A stretch of 64,000 nucleotides of DNA from Paraphysomonas bandaiensis (lineage: Eukaryota > Protista > Chrysophyceae): assembly GCA_965644295.1 (NCBI GenBank), contig CBFFRP010000380.1, positions 248,001 through 312,000 on the forward strand, in the 5' to 3' direction. The translations under genes and the position numbers were made by a program. Position 1 is the first letter of the stretch, and the number at the start of each line of letters is the position of its first letter. Positions 33,692 to 46,553 of this stretch are shown one piece after another. The notes beneath the pieces were generated by a model that was not told where the DNA came from, searched no databases, and worked only from the letters and a program-made list of their open reading frames with translations.

Positions 33692-35729
33692 CTACACATT
33701 CTCTGAGTTAGCTTCTGGAATAACACTATCCCAAACATGTATTTTGTTACTATTTCTTTTAGGTGAAAGTGGCTGTGAGGGAGGTGGAGTATCGTTTCCA
33801 CTACTGTTGAGAATAGATAAAGCAGCGGGGGAAACGGACAACGGGATCACAGAGGCAGGACTGGGAGGATGGATCGATCTCGAACTCCCATCCGATAATA
33901 TCAGAGCATCCGAGACCGATTCCTCTACCCAGTACGTGGTCATAAGTCCCTTACCTTTGACAGATATCTCGCCACGACAACATAGCCGTATGTTATCGTA
34001 CATGGTTTCTACTATCTCTGGGGGACAACTATCATGGGGGTTCGCGACAGTCGAGATGGATGTTTGACTACGATAATCCGACACGATAGAATCTCCGTCA
34101 CTGTCTCTTTTAGGCGGCAGGAGCAACGTAGCAGTGTCAGAACTAATCTGGATACGCATAGGCTTGCTCGTGGACTCCATGCGGGAGGCCGTGTTCACTA
34201 CATCTCCAAAGAGACAATAGCGCGGCATCGCGCTTCCAACTATTCCTGCTACACACGGCCCACTGTGAACTCCAATCCGTGTGCGGATACCATCAGACCG
34301 ACCCACAGACAATAAATGTCGGTGGTGGAATCGGGACGCCTCAGCTATAACATCCATGGCGAAGTTAACGATCTTCGCAGCCGCTACAGAGGGATGCTCC
34401 ACCTCTGGACAACCCGCCACACACCTATATCACACAGAGGTTACCGTAGAAAGTGTAGGCAGTACAAAATTACATATACGCGTCCCCGATGGTCTCAACC
34501 TTGTACACGCCGTGCTTTATAGCGAGTTGATCATATATACTGTACAAGTCGTTGAGTAGTTCTACGATCTGAATAGGTTCCAGTTGGGATGCCATGGGAG
34601 TATAATCACAGATGTCACAGAAAAATATTGTTACCATATCAAACTTCTCAGAAAATATCTCACGTTTGTCTTTCGAGTAGTGCGCAATAGCCTTCGGTGG
34701 CAACATGGAGGCCAAGAGTCTTCTATTTTTCTCCTTGGCTCGAAGAAGAGAATACAGCATCCCAGCTAATGAGAGAGAGACAGCCGCGCAGGCAGCTAGA
34801 CATGGGTCTCGCCATATTGGCACCCACCCATCCCGTGGAGCTAGCTCGATTTTCCAATGAAGGTTATGAATCCGAACGTCTGTAGCGACGGAATCAGGGA
34901 TCGGCGCTTTACTGGTTTCGTATATGCAGTCCAACAGACCGAAAAGCATTTGAAAGCTAGGGTCGTTAGGCAAAATTTTGTCGGCAATGGAAGTTATCTT
35001 GAGGCTATAACCAGCGCTTTCCACAGACTCAATCGCTGGCAGATTACCTGATACAATTGTTGTGGCCTCCACAGCAGCACGTGAGAATCCGTAGAACTTC
35101 GTACCATCAGCTTCGTTGTAACAGAGTGTAGCAGTACAGTTGGAAGTCTCAATACCGCAACTTATACTGCTGTTGAAGGATTCTGCTTTTTTCCAGAGAG
35201 GTATAGCGGCGATTATTCCATACGAACTACCGTCACCAACAGGAAACGGCCCAAGCATAAACTCTTTGGACTGCAGTACTATTTCCATAAGTTCAGGATT
35301 ATACATGAAAATGTCGAATCCCTCGGGAAAAATTAGAAATCCATCACTCCAGTCAGGATTCGTAGGGTACGAGTAGTTAACTCGTCCAGCAAGATCGAAC
35401 GACAGCTGTTCTGTGAAATCGTTCCATTGTAAAATGTTTTCAGATACTATGTTGAATGATTTCGGTATATCAGGACAAGGTATAGCTATAAGATGTGCAC
35501 CTAACGCCAAAGCACCACGAGATATATCTGATATCTGCGTATGCAGTGCGGTGGCTAAATCTTGAGCCACTCCTTCCTTTGCATACTCTTTAGTATAATC
35601 AATCTCTGATTTGCTCAATATTAATACGATAACTACAGATGTTGCTGTTAATACAGTCCATAATAACCCACTTAACAATAATGATGATGAAAATTTTGGT
35701 GATAAATATTTAAAATGGTTTGATTTCAT
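33692..35729 (-). CDS. Membrane receptor guanylate cyclase with a CHASE-like extracellular domain (intron 34425-34473)
   Basis: Class III cyclase motifs [47 protein letters not shown] (Glu/Cys GTP-specifying residues). Two TM segments flank a ~270-aa domain with GP...G..GII, FYGF and W...L.P.DGW. Start codon uncertain. Confidence 0.85.
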
Positions 35730-36417
35730 TTGTTGACTATAGCCGCCTATCAGATATGAGATAGAGGAGATCACAGTGACTATGAATATCAATTGAATAC
35801 ATCATTCAATCTGTGGTTTCCTTTAATCTAACTATCTAACATGTATATATATGGGGCTCTAACTAGTGTGTTTAATAGTCATATGGAATAGTGTGTAGGT
35901 TTGTATAGTATATGTATGTACAGTAGAGTATGTATGGTAGATTTATATGGAAGTGGGTGGAGAGATGTACAAATTTCTGTTAGAGAGTTTTCCATTCCCA
36001 TCTTCTGGAGTCTACAGTATACGTTCCTCGTATGAGGGTGACCGGGGTGGTCAATCCCATCATCTACGTGTTTTTGTTTTTTGTCCAATCAGAATATTTC
36101 AAATTGTATATAGAAGATGGCTGACCGTGTGAGAGGGGAGTGGAATACTAGTAAAGGAAACGATAAGTAATACTGTAGACTACTGACACGTATAATGATC
36201 TGTTGAAAGAGAAGGCAGTGAGGTACACAGCAGTACACAGCAGCGTATAGAGAGAGAGTGAGAGTGCGAGTGTATGTATATATAGATGAGGAAACTGGTC
36301 GTTGTATCATTTGGTTGTGTTAATATGACTATAGGCTTGATACTTTAACTCCTTGTAAAGCGTATTGATATAGGGATATCTGCATTGAAGTTACAGGTTA
36401 GCATATAAGCCCCTCAT

Positions 36418-37017
36418 ATGATTATACACATCACAACACTGCTGGTGTCTGTATTCCTCTCTGCATCAGTGGGGAGCGACATATACATATCTGTACACTC
36501 AGAAGAGAAGTGTGATGATTCAAATCTTGCGTTTGCTGAAACTCAAGATAACAATACATGCTTTACGAAATCACTTGATGGCAACACACTCAGCATGAAG
36601 GTTGTGTGTAATGGAGCCAATGCATCCGATTCGTGGAATGCCAAAATATGGTATTCCAATAATTGTATGGGGTTGATGTTATTTGATAGTAGTTCGTCGG
36701 GACCGTGTCCATGCGTGGTGGACTATTATGCTGGATACACCGTTGGTATGATAGTGAATTGCGCTGGTGTTGAAACCACATGTGATTATCAAACTCAATC
36801 TGACGGAAAAAGTGGAAAAAATAATGGGAATGCCCTCACATATATGATTGTCGGAGTCGTTGTCGGTGTTGTTCTGTTTGTAGTTTTGGCCATTGCTTTA
36901 TATTTTTCCTGCAAGTCCACTGGAAAGAGTACTGGACCCACAGTGAAGAAAATTGTGGACCCTGCTTGTCAGCTTTCGTCTAATACTGCCCCGCATAATT
37001 TTAGCACTGATGCTTAA
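36418..37017 (+). CDS. Small type I membrane protein with a Cys-rich ectodomain
   Basis: Signal peptide, several Cys, TM MIVGVVVGVVLFVVLAIALYF, short cytoplasmic tail. Confidence 0.7.
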   Translation: MIIHITTLLVSVFLSASVGSDIYISVHSEEKCDDSNLAFAETQDNNTCFTKSLDGNTLSMKVVCNGANASDSWNAKIWYSNNCMGLMLFDSSSSGPCPCVVDYYAGYTVGMIVNCAGVETTCDYQTQSDGKSGKNNGNALTYMIVGVVVGVVLFVVLAIALYFSCKSTGKSTGPTVKKIVDPACQLSSNTAPHNFSTDA

Positions 37018-37382
37018 GGTCAATGCATTAAAAAAATAGGCAAATTAGATTATGCGTGTGTTAAGTTTAGTTTTATTTTTGTGAGCTTGCTGTTAGTACA
37101 GCTTTCTTAGTAGTCGGGTCATATCCTACAATACTGTCTCTGTTTTTTTTGTTCGTTATGTTTCTTATTTAATCCGACTAAACATAAAAGTTGTTTCTTT
37201 TAACTCTTGACAAGGGTTTCAAGAATATCACACTATTGAAAACACATGAGTCAGTAATTAAAACTATGACAGACATTTATCATCAATCAGTTAAACTTGC
37301 TACATATTCATTCATTATGTTTTGCTTTAGCTAATATAATTCGTAGCATTTCACAATCCAATAAAATAATGTATTTATCTAC

Positions 37383-38530
37383 CAGGCTTGCGAGGCAATT
37401 AATTGGTGACAGGTGTCCAACAATAATAATTGCGACTATTAAGCAAGCATCCAATTATTGGCAATAATTGCCAATTAATTTCCTTTAATTCTATTGATAG
37501 ATTTTGGAATAACTTTCTGAACTATAATCTCATCCCAAAGAAATAGTAATATTTTTACATTTCAAGGTGTCTAGGTTCTTTTCGCTTGCAAAAATTTAGT
37601 AATAACAATCTTAGCTCTGCTAAACAACCTATCACAAACATTGGTAGTGCTATACGAATACTTCATGCAACGATATCGTGTTGGAAGTTTGATGCGTGCT
37701 TTTTGGCGCTTTCGGTTGTCTTTAAGTAAACGAATGGCGTCGTCTTTTTTCCTTATCTCTCTTTTCAAGTTCACCTTCGTGTGCAGGTATATCATTTATC
37801 AAAAAGCGTCGCACCTGTGCTTTTTCAGCGCGGTTCAGTTCTTCTTCCCTACCGCGCTAAATTTTGACTACTGCTCTCTCGAAATCTGCATTCTGAACAA
37901 GTTCCGTGTCAGCACCCAGGTGAAATTTCATGCCAGGGTACTGACAAATTAAATCAGCAAATTTGTTCATTCGATGCCATTCTGTTGAATAAATAAGAAT
38001 GATCAGTATGGCTATCCAATGCATCTAGTCCATTTTATTGTTGTACACACATACAACGGATTCTCTGTATTAAGGTATTCTTGCACACACACATACTTCT
38101 CTTCCTCTGATAGTGGTACCTAACGGATACACTTATAACGTCATTTACACTATACTACTATAATTGAATATTTCGAAGTAGTTGAATATGCTGTCACATT
38201 ATAATATTGAAGTAGACGATCGTTATGGAAGTGCTCAGTGTGTTCTTTACCAACGATCTTTGACATGATCTCTTGCATGCTGAGGTTAAATAAACTAACC
38301 CTAATTACGATTAATAAAATGATAACGTAGCTGTGTACATGCATCCATACTACTATATGCTCACATGTAATGGGTGTGTACCTAAGATCAGTAGCTAGAT
38401 ATCGTAAGATGATATATATAATATTTAGCCAGCAAATTAATTGGCCACAATTACCAATAATAATAATTGAAATTATCACTATTAAAACCAATTAATTTAA
38501 TTGGCAATCCAATTCATTGGCAATACAGGC
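37383..38530 (-). mobile_element. Decayed hAT transposon with a transposase dimerisation-domain remnant
   Basis: Left end CAGGCTTG, TATCTAC on both flanks (37376-37382, 38531-38537), CAATTAATTGG-type subterminal repeats at both ends. Minus-strand peptide TTNVCDRLFSRAKIVIT followed out of frame by HLEM*KILLFLWD resembles the hATC motif S...ER.FS. Confidence 0.65.
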
Positions 38531-38867
38531 TATCTACTATTCGTGTATTCGTCACTATTGTTTATATTTCAAACTTACGCAAAGTTCAACACATGTTGAA
38601 CCCGTTGTATAAGCGCTACTTTAGTATTAACAAATCTTTGTCAAGGTCTGTTATGAGGGTTACATCATCTGTGAAGTAGTGGTTTCATGAATGTGCTTAC
38701 GAGTAATTCGTACATTCCTACACTGTAGTGATCTCCTCAGACTACAGACGCTTGGTGATATAATTCGATAAATATACATGCCGCATGTTATTATAGAAAC
38801 CAGTTAATAATACCATTATTATATTATCAATTCGACTTCCCAACAAATTCTGTGGTAATTATTCGTG

Positions 38868-39250
38868 CCCCTAACAAAGTCGGACTAGCATCTTTTCGTG
38901 GTGTTTTGGGGATAAGGGATTAGTGCGACCTGAACTGGGCCCACCTGAAGGGTAACTGGGGTATTGGGCTGCCTGCTGAATTCAAGCATCCGGGATGTTC
39001 ACTTAAAAAACTGAAAAATCCTGAAGCCAGCAGATGTGCAATGCTAAATTAGATCTGACTCTTAAACGCCTACTGCTAATAATAAAACAGTCAATTCCTA
39101 TTTCTTAATTCACTACACTTATATTAGTGTCCCTTACATTGCATTAGGCTATGAGTGGAAAGAACGTTATTTGCTGTCTATGTTTGCCGCTCACGTTAGT
39201 CCCCGAAGAAATATATCCGGTACTTATCCCCCAGAACACCATGAAAAGGG
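38868..39250. repeat. Dispersed repeat family A, two fragmentary copies in opposite orientations
   Basis: 38868-39087 matches 59101-59592 with deletions; ~39125-39250 matches ~5255-5390 directly (CCGGTACTTATCCCCCAGAA). Confidence 0.75.
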
Positions 39251-39531
39251 CATGTTGTACTGAGTTGGCGTGTAGTACTGTCAGTGGATGACAATACAAA
39301 ACATGCGAGCTCAAATCATAGTAGAAAATTAATTAGATAAAAATGAATGATGCACGCTGAAAGTTGTGACTGCTGGAGGTTAAGTAAATATATACGGCCA
39401 AGAATGAAGACGTGTTAGTAATTTTATGTGATAGCAATGAGCAAACTCTTACATGTGATCGTCACAACCCCCAAAAAATACTACACTAGAGTTGATGTTT
39501 AAATGAAACAACACACTAAAACAATATGATC

Positions 39532-42102
39532 TCAAAACTCCGATTTCCCGCCTCCTTTATCATCATCGCTTCTCGTCAAAGTAAATTTCTGCACAGCTGA
39601 GCCGGATTTCGCCTTGGGCTTTATAACAAATTGCATGAGGGTCTGCGCAACATCGAAAAACATTAAACAGCTATCAATGATCCCAAAAAGCTATTGTTGA
39701 TGTGTACGTTATTCAAGCATGCATCCGATATAAGAAGTGGTATACTCGTGCGAGCATCAGTGTTCATCAACATAAACAACGATTTTCATCCAACTTAAAT
39801 ATACCTGACCGTGTAACCTCGCACTAAACTTATGCCCCGCGAAAGTATTCATAGAAACAGGATGCCCAATCAAGAGGTCACCCATCGGCTGTAACACCAT
39901 GTGAATAGTTAGATACATCTAAACTGACTGATGCATGCGTCTGTACTACCTGATCGTTCCAATACAATTCTACAGGCCCTTCAACCTCATTATTTTCAAA
40001 TACAGCCGTCAATTGCTCCGGTTCAGCCACAGGTGGTGTCCATTGGCCATTTTTACGTCGTTCACGGAAGAGATATGGTTGCCTCGGGCCGTTCCATACC
40101 CAAAGGTTGGCTGCCCATTTTACTCCCTGTTGCGTTTACAATGATGAAGGCATTACGAAAAAAGTTGCGTATCCATATCTCTGTTATACCTGTAGCACAG
40201 GGCATCCCCCGTGCATGGATGACCTGTCAACCTCACCATCAGGATGTTGTGAATAGAATAGAAGTGCTTCGGCTTTTACAGGCCGCACTGCCATTTTACT
40301 CCTAAACACATGTCAAAGTGAGCTATGTCCTCCTTCCCGTCAATAATAAAATGGTTCTGACTCTCATTGCACACCGAGTCAACTAGAGTAATAAACGCAT
40401 CATGAAACTCAGAACGAGAAGGCTACCTGCAATTTCCCACCATACGCCTTTGCCAACTACATAGGTATATATGTAAGCAAGAAACTCATATAATCGTATA
40501 TTCAGTAAACAGCACTTTCAGCCTTTGCATACCTATTTTCTGGAAAAAGATGGGATATGTTGTGGCTTTCAAGATACTCAGTAGTATTTTCCCTAGCCTG
40601 TTAGAATACACTCTTCAATACGTCGGCGATGCATAACATGCATAGGTATAGGCCAAGGCAGATAGTAACACACCAAACTGATACAAAAAGGTACATATAT
40701 ACCAACCTGTTTCGTACTCATAGTAGCCCTTTCCACGTGTCCGGTACAATCTCTACTATTGATATTTGCACATTCTTTCTCCTTTCCTGCATCTCGTGCA
40801 TACCACTCTTTCGCTTCTGGAAAGAATGTCTCCCCACCGTCATCCACTCCTGTGAGGTACAAAAGAATAGTGGCAAAGCGATTTGTGCCTGTCCCTGCAC
40901 TATCCCAGTCATGGTCTATACTATCGGATTCAATATAGTCTGCATAAAATAATAATTACAAAAATATTTCAGAATTGCATTTAATGCTCATTGGAAATAA
41001 GCTGGAGTTGTACCTAAGTGGTTAATGTACGCGGTAGTCTGATTATATCGCAATATCTAAACGAAGAGATTTAGAGTTATTCTTAATCGGGAGATGTTGC
41101 TGTAAATGAAACGATACCTGCAAGCCATCTGCCCAGGTTTCCTCGTATGGGTGAATACCCAACAGATCAAAACAGCGCTTCTTCAGTCTCATCGCAACCT
41201 ACATAACCCGAACCAATAAGGTTATGAGATATCGTCGGTACAGTCTTCGACGTATTCATACAGAAGTATTAGCTAGCTATAGTGCAATAGTCCACATTCA
41301 GACAATTCTACTCCACCAATGCATGACCAGGATTACACATACCGGAGACGTGGTATCGAATGCATTCTCACTGGTTCGTTTGTCATCAATACTGTAACCG
41401 TTGGTGCCAGTCGATGACCGCTTTAGCCTATACTCTTCTTCCGTCAACTGCAGCGCATTTTCAATCAACTTATTCGACTCATCCTCAGTGAAGAAATTGT
41501 ATATTCGAAACACCCTCGGACTGGTACTGAGAGTTTCAAGAACGATTGGATCATAACCCCATGGTAGCTTCACAGTTGATGCCACGGCGCGGTGACCAAG
41601 TTCAAAGCTTGGCCATATAAAAACCCGACCTTCATCGACAAAAAACAGTCTTGTAGCATTCGTCAATCCAACACCACTCGTAATCTCTGCCCCTGTTTCA
41701 GTGAATATCTAAATAAAAAATCAACACATTCTTCTTTTCACCATACTGCAAACATACCTTTCCTGATCTACCAGCAAAAGATTCAACCTTACTTGCTATA
41801 ATTTGATCAATAGGCATTTCAGTGGATGATATATCAGCATAAGTTAATATGACATCTTCGCTATGATCAGTATCTCCATTTTCATGCACAAACACCTATA
41901 GAACAATCTTCAATCCATCAAACCATTAAATTTAATCTATTACCAATATACTCTCTTTGTTAGTTGGATTTATAATGGAGTTACCCCATTCATGAACCCA
42001 ATTCATAACAATACTCATACCAGATGAGAAGTTCATGCCCATACTATGTATAGGCAATAGTATCAGTATACATGAAACGAAAGTAATGATATAAAATCTC
42101 AT
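39532..42102 (-). CDS. Prolyl 4-hydroxylase alpha-like 2OG-Fe(II) dioxygenase, secretory, multi-exon
   Basis: Signal peptide MRFYIITFVSCILILL; LETLSTSPRVFRIYNFF, RTSENAF, NRFATILLYL..VDDGGETFFP; predicted C-terminus KSEF resembles an ER-retention signal. Exon boundaries approximate. Confidence 0.8.
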
Positions 42103-42645
42103 TAAATAAAATATTTGATTACTACTATACTATTATAACATATGAATATACTTTAAACAGAAGAGTATGGTGAATGTTCAATCTATCAGCTTATGTGTGG
42201 ATCAATCCATACATAACATGAACTCGAAGTAATATTGTAGTTGAAACTTGAATCTCATGTAATATTTCTATAGTTTCGGTCTGGAATATCAGGATATTAG
42301 TTTATGGTGGATGAAAAAATGGTGTGTAGTGAGTATATTTTGGTGCTCACTACACTCGAAAATCCAGTATTCTTGGATACAAGGACACCCTAAAACCAAT
42401 GATTTTCGTCCTATAGTCCATGTCGTTTTGTACGATTTTTTGCTGATATATGGTATAAAAAATCTGGTTTTAAACCATTCTAAAAAAACAGGGTTGAAGA
42501 AATTCTGACTCTTGAGGTCCAGTCATTCGTGTATTTTCATGTACCACATGCCATCTTTATTGAGCGATAGTGATGACTGATTCATTGCACTATTACAACA
42601 CACTTGTTCGCTTGTTCTAATTGGGGGAGGGAAGATATTGTTGCC

Positions 42646-44193
42646 ATGAATCACTTTCTTTGGCTTGCATTCATTTATTTGGTCAGTGGTTATATCACTG
42701 CCGAAGAAAGTGAACATGGTGATCATTTATGGGAATATGCTGGCATATTTCATATTGAGCACCCGGAGTTAAAACACAGCTGGTCGTTTGAAAAAATAGA
42801 TAAAACATATGCTGGTGTTGATGGAATGCATTTAGTTGTAGTTCAAACTACAGGTGCAAATGAAGAAGCATTGGAAGCTGTTGAAGAGGATGTGGAGCAT
42901 CTCTTTGAGGAGGACAATGCTGTGGAGGTAACTGACGATACATTGATTGGAACGGACAGTTTGTATGAAATAACTTTCAATCAAGACTCGTGGTTGACTC
43001 AAGCAGTGTTCGAGTTTGCTACTGAGGGGTATTATGCTATATTCTATGAACATCATCCGGATGAGTTTTGCAGTGAAGAGGATCACTGCTTTAAAAGTTC
43101 TGATGGTGAAAATATTGAAGCAGAATTTGTTGAGGGGGAAGGGCATGAAGAAGATGACAACTCAAAATATTGGGGGAAAACATTGGGAGCTTGTGCGATT
43201 ATATGGTGCTGTGTGTTTACTGGCGTGATTTTGTTGGGTGGAGGCTCCAGTAAAATCGATCCTGAAATTATGGGTGAGCGAGTTGAATACATTAATATGT
43301 TTGCATCAGGGGCACTTCTTGGCACCGCTGTTTGTCTAATATTGGTGGAGGCTTCTCATCTAATTGGTGCACGATACAGTGAAACAACCACTTCTGGAAT
43401 ATGGGGCACAATGATATTACTAGGATTTATATCATGTGCTGTCATAGATTTGCTGAGATCTTGTGTCATGCACATCGTTCATTGGAGGATATCCGCATGT
43501 GGTGCGCTAAAACTTAAGGGATATTGTTCGCCAAATAAGACTGTTGACTCTTCTGTTGAAGCCAATTGCGCTCCCGATAGTCTGCCTGGAAATGCAATTG
43601 CTTTGACTGGTGGTGAAGTTGAATTAGGTGCTTCAGAATCGGAACCTAAGACAGTCGCGGTAACGAAGGAGGTAACGAAGGAGGGTTTACTTATTGACTA
43701 TGAAGTAGCTTCAGCAGTCTTCATAGGTGACTTTTTCCATAATTTTTCTGATGGAATATTTATTGGAGCGGCTTTCCAGTCGTGCTCCAGCAGCGCTGCC
43801 TATGCTGTTGTGGCGTCCACAGTATTTCACGAATTGGCTCAGGAGATCGCTGATTTCATCGTGTTGACAACAAAAGGGAAACTCAAGCCTACCCAGGCAT
43901 TACTCGTAAACGCTGTCAGCGGATTATCTGTGATATTTGGAGGTGTTGCTGTCAGTGTACGTGACATGAACGACTCGACCGTTGGTATGTTGCTTGCATT
44001 TGGTGCTGGGACTTATCTATATCTCGCTGCCAGCGAGCTCTATCCTGTGGTAAATACATTTTCTAACAAGAAACATAAACTTCTGGGTCTACTTTTATTT
44101 GCCCTAGGAGCTATGGCCGTGGGATTGGTTTTATTGAAACACGAACATTGCGAAGGCGAGGAAGAAGGCCAAGGTGGAGGCCACGATCATTAG
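42646..44193 (+). CDS. ZIP (SLC39) family zinc/metal transporter with a His/Glu-rich N-terminal ectodomain
   Basis: GDFFHNFSDG (TM4), VFHELAQEIADF (TM5), FASGALLG, AGTYLYLAASEL; signal peptide at ATG 42646. Confidence 0.92.
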   Translation: MNHFLWLAFIYLVSGYITAEESEHGDHLWEYAGIFHIEHPELKHSWSFEKIDKTYAGVDGMHLVVVQTTGANEEALEAVEEDVEHLFEEDNAVEVTDDTLIGTDSLYEITFNQDSWLTQAVFEFATEGYYAIFYEHHPDEFCSEEDHCFKSSDGENIEAEFVEGEGHEEDDNSKYWGKTLGACAIIWCCVFTGVILLGGGSSKIDPEIMGERVEYINMFASGALLGTAVCLILVEASHLIGARYSETTTSGIWGTMILLGFISCAVIDLLRSCVMHIVHWRISACGALKLKGYCSPNKTVDSSVEANCAPDSLPGNAIALTGGEVELGASESEPKTVAVTKEVTKEGLLIDYEVASAVFIGDFFHNFSDGIFIGAAFQSCSSSAAYAVVASTVFHELAQEIADFIVLTTKGKLKPTQALLVNAVSGLSVIFGGVAVSVRDMNDSTVGMLLAFGAGTYLYLAASELYPVVNTFSNKKHKLLGLLLFALGAMAVGLVLLKHEHCEGEEEGQGGGHDH

Positions 44194-44585
44194 ATCATTT
44201 AAGCATGCATTACTTTTGAAAGTATTCAGCACTTTTTGATTATCGATACATTGAGCTTAGAAATATACAGCAATAAAATAGATTATCGAAATAATTTGCT
44301 GATTAAACATTTTCTTGATAATAAAGGGAATTCTCACTGCTAACTGGTCTGTTAGAATTGGACTTTTCACTGATGTTAACCTTGCTTGAACACAATGCAC
44401 TTTCAAGTAAAAAGTTATAATATTAATCTAAACACTTCACTACATATTCATGTAACATCTGTTCTCAGTACACTGGTATTGGCTGTAATTAAGCGTATAC
44501 TGTAACTGGTGTATTGAGCTTGTGTCGGAATACCTATGGTTCTCTAAGATAGTACTGTAGAATACGTTAAATACAATGTGAAAAA

Positions 44586-45933
44586 CAGTAATTGGTTTTA
44601 ACCACACTCAAAAACCACACTCACCATCACAGCACAAAAAGCACAAAAAACACTGTTGTTATGTACGGAAAAAACATAACAGTCAATTCGGACTCAACTC
44701 AAATGAAGTATGTGAATTCATATGACAGCAGCGGACAACACTCCCAGTGACCCAATCACAGGGCAAAATGATGTGCAGGTAACTTCATTATATTCGACTC
44801 ATTCTTATACTTAAAGATGTCTTCAAAGAGGAGCAGATCCAATACAAAAGAGCGCACAGAGAATGCTGCACGACAAGCCAAAATTAGGGCTGAGTCGAAG
44901 AAGCTTCAAAAGCAGTGGAAGCGGGTTAATTTGAGACACGAAACGTTTCATTTGCCAGATTCAGACCTTCTCAGTCAATACCCAACGTTAAAGCTGCGAA
45001 GGCTAACGCTCCTGAGCATATTTCTTTAGTTTGTTACACCTGTACTTGTCACGATAATTGCCCGAGATATAGATCCTGAGCACCTCGTTTTCAACAAAGG
45101 AAACTCTGTGCTGTTCACTGTGAGTAAGATATAAAAAGATGTGTGCTATTTGGATTCGTATTTATGGCGAACAGTTCGTTTACCGGAGTCCAGAAGAAGG
45201 TCCGTCCACTGTGTTCAGGACTGAAATAATACCGAAAAGAGTTCAGAAGAAATTATCCTACGATTTCGTCGTTGGGCATACGATTTGCCGAAACATTCAC
45301 TGCCAACTTTACGTTTGACAAGCTCTACTCTGAAGATGTCTCCTTAAAGTTTAAGAGATTTCTTAGAGCGATTATTAATCCGAAGCAATTTCCTGCGTTG
45401 ACACGACTGGTGCAGCACGGAGTAGATATATGTGGGGAAAATAGAATGGGTATAGAACAAAAGAAAGAAGCAAATAGTTGTGCACGCTCACAGAAGAAAG
45501 ATGGGAAGCAACACACAGTAGTAAGTAATGCGTACACGAGGCGGACAACCAAGGCCTCGATATCATATATGTATTCCTGTGCGTGATGACTATTACAAGC
45601 TGTTTTATGCCTATGACAAATACAACAAGCAAATCAAACAGAGGGTATGACCACGCAGGGATGGTGGCAATGGGCGTTTGGGTGAGGCGGGAAAGCATAA
45701 TTCGTTTATGTTTGGTTGTATAATAGAAAACACTGTCGATTCCGAAGATATTTGAGTACTTTGGTTATTGTCAAACTCTAGCAAACGATTTGTATGTGTA
45801 TGCAAGCACACTCTCTGATAGTACTATTTAGTAGAGTAATACAATGAATTTAATTGATTTGGACGTAAATATATTACTTCTTATAAGTGTGGTTACTGAC
45901 TGTGGTTAATGAGTGTGGTTAAGACCAAATACG
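44586..45933. mobile_element. Putative decayed TIR DNA transposon
   Basis: GTAATTGGTTTTAACCACACTCAAAAACCACACTCA (from 44588) versus the reverse complement of ~45897-45932, GTATTTGGTCTTAACCACACTCATTAACCACAGTCA. The interior has only broken ORFs. TSD not clean. Confidence 0.6.
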
Positions 45934-46553
45934 TAGTCAATAGTCAAAGGTGCTATATAGCTATAACTGTGAAACTGAAGTATTATATCATGACGATTCA
46001 AGATACGGAAGTTGAGCAGTGGTTGACATGAACGAAATAATTTATCATGTTGTTGACATGTGTTACATGACAACACACACAATTGTGTATACAATTATAA
46101 TAAAGTAATCTATCTAGTTTGACTAACTTAAACTTCTCTTACAACGATCTTAATCATCTGAAAATGGTCAATTATCAATAACTTGTACAATTTGATTTAT
46201 CAGGAATGGGTTTAGAACAAGCATTTCTAGTAAAAGCTATACATTATGAAATTATGCATAACTTGTTATACCATCACGTTGAATTCTTATAATGACTTAA
46301 ATAGTTTTAAATAATATACTAAATGTAAACATCATTGCACCAAGCAGTCGAAAGAAATTCCGTAGTCTAACATATTATTACAACTCTACAATCACTACAT
46401 AACGACAGAGTACATACTACAACAACTCATTGCATGACTAAAAAAGTTCAAACACAGTTCACAAAGCATATGCCCATGAGCTTTTATTCGAAACATATCG
46501 TCAGTATATAAAAAAAGCGAATTGGAACTTATCGATGCCCATTGAAGTATAAA

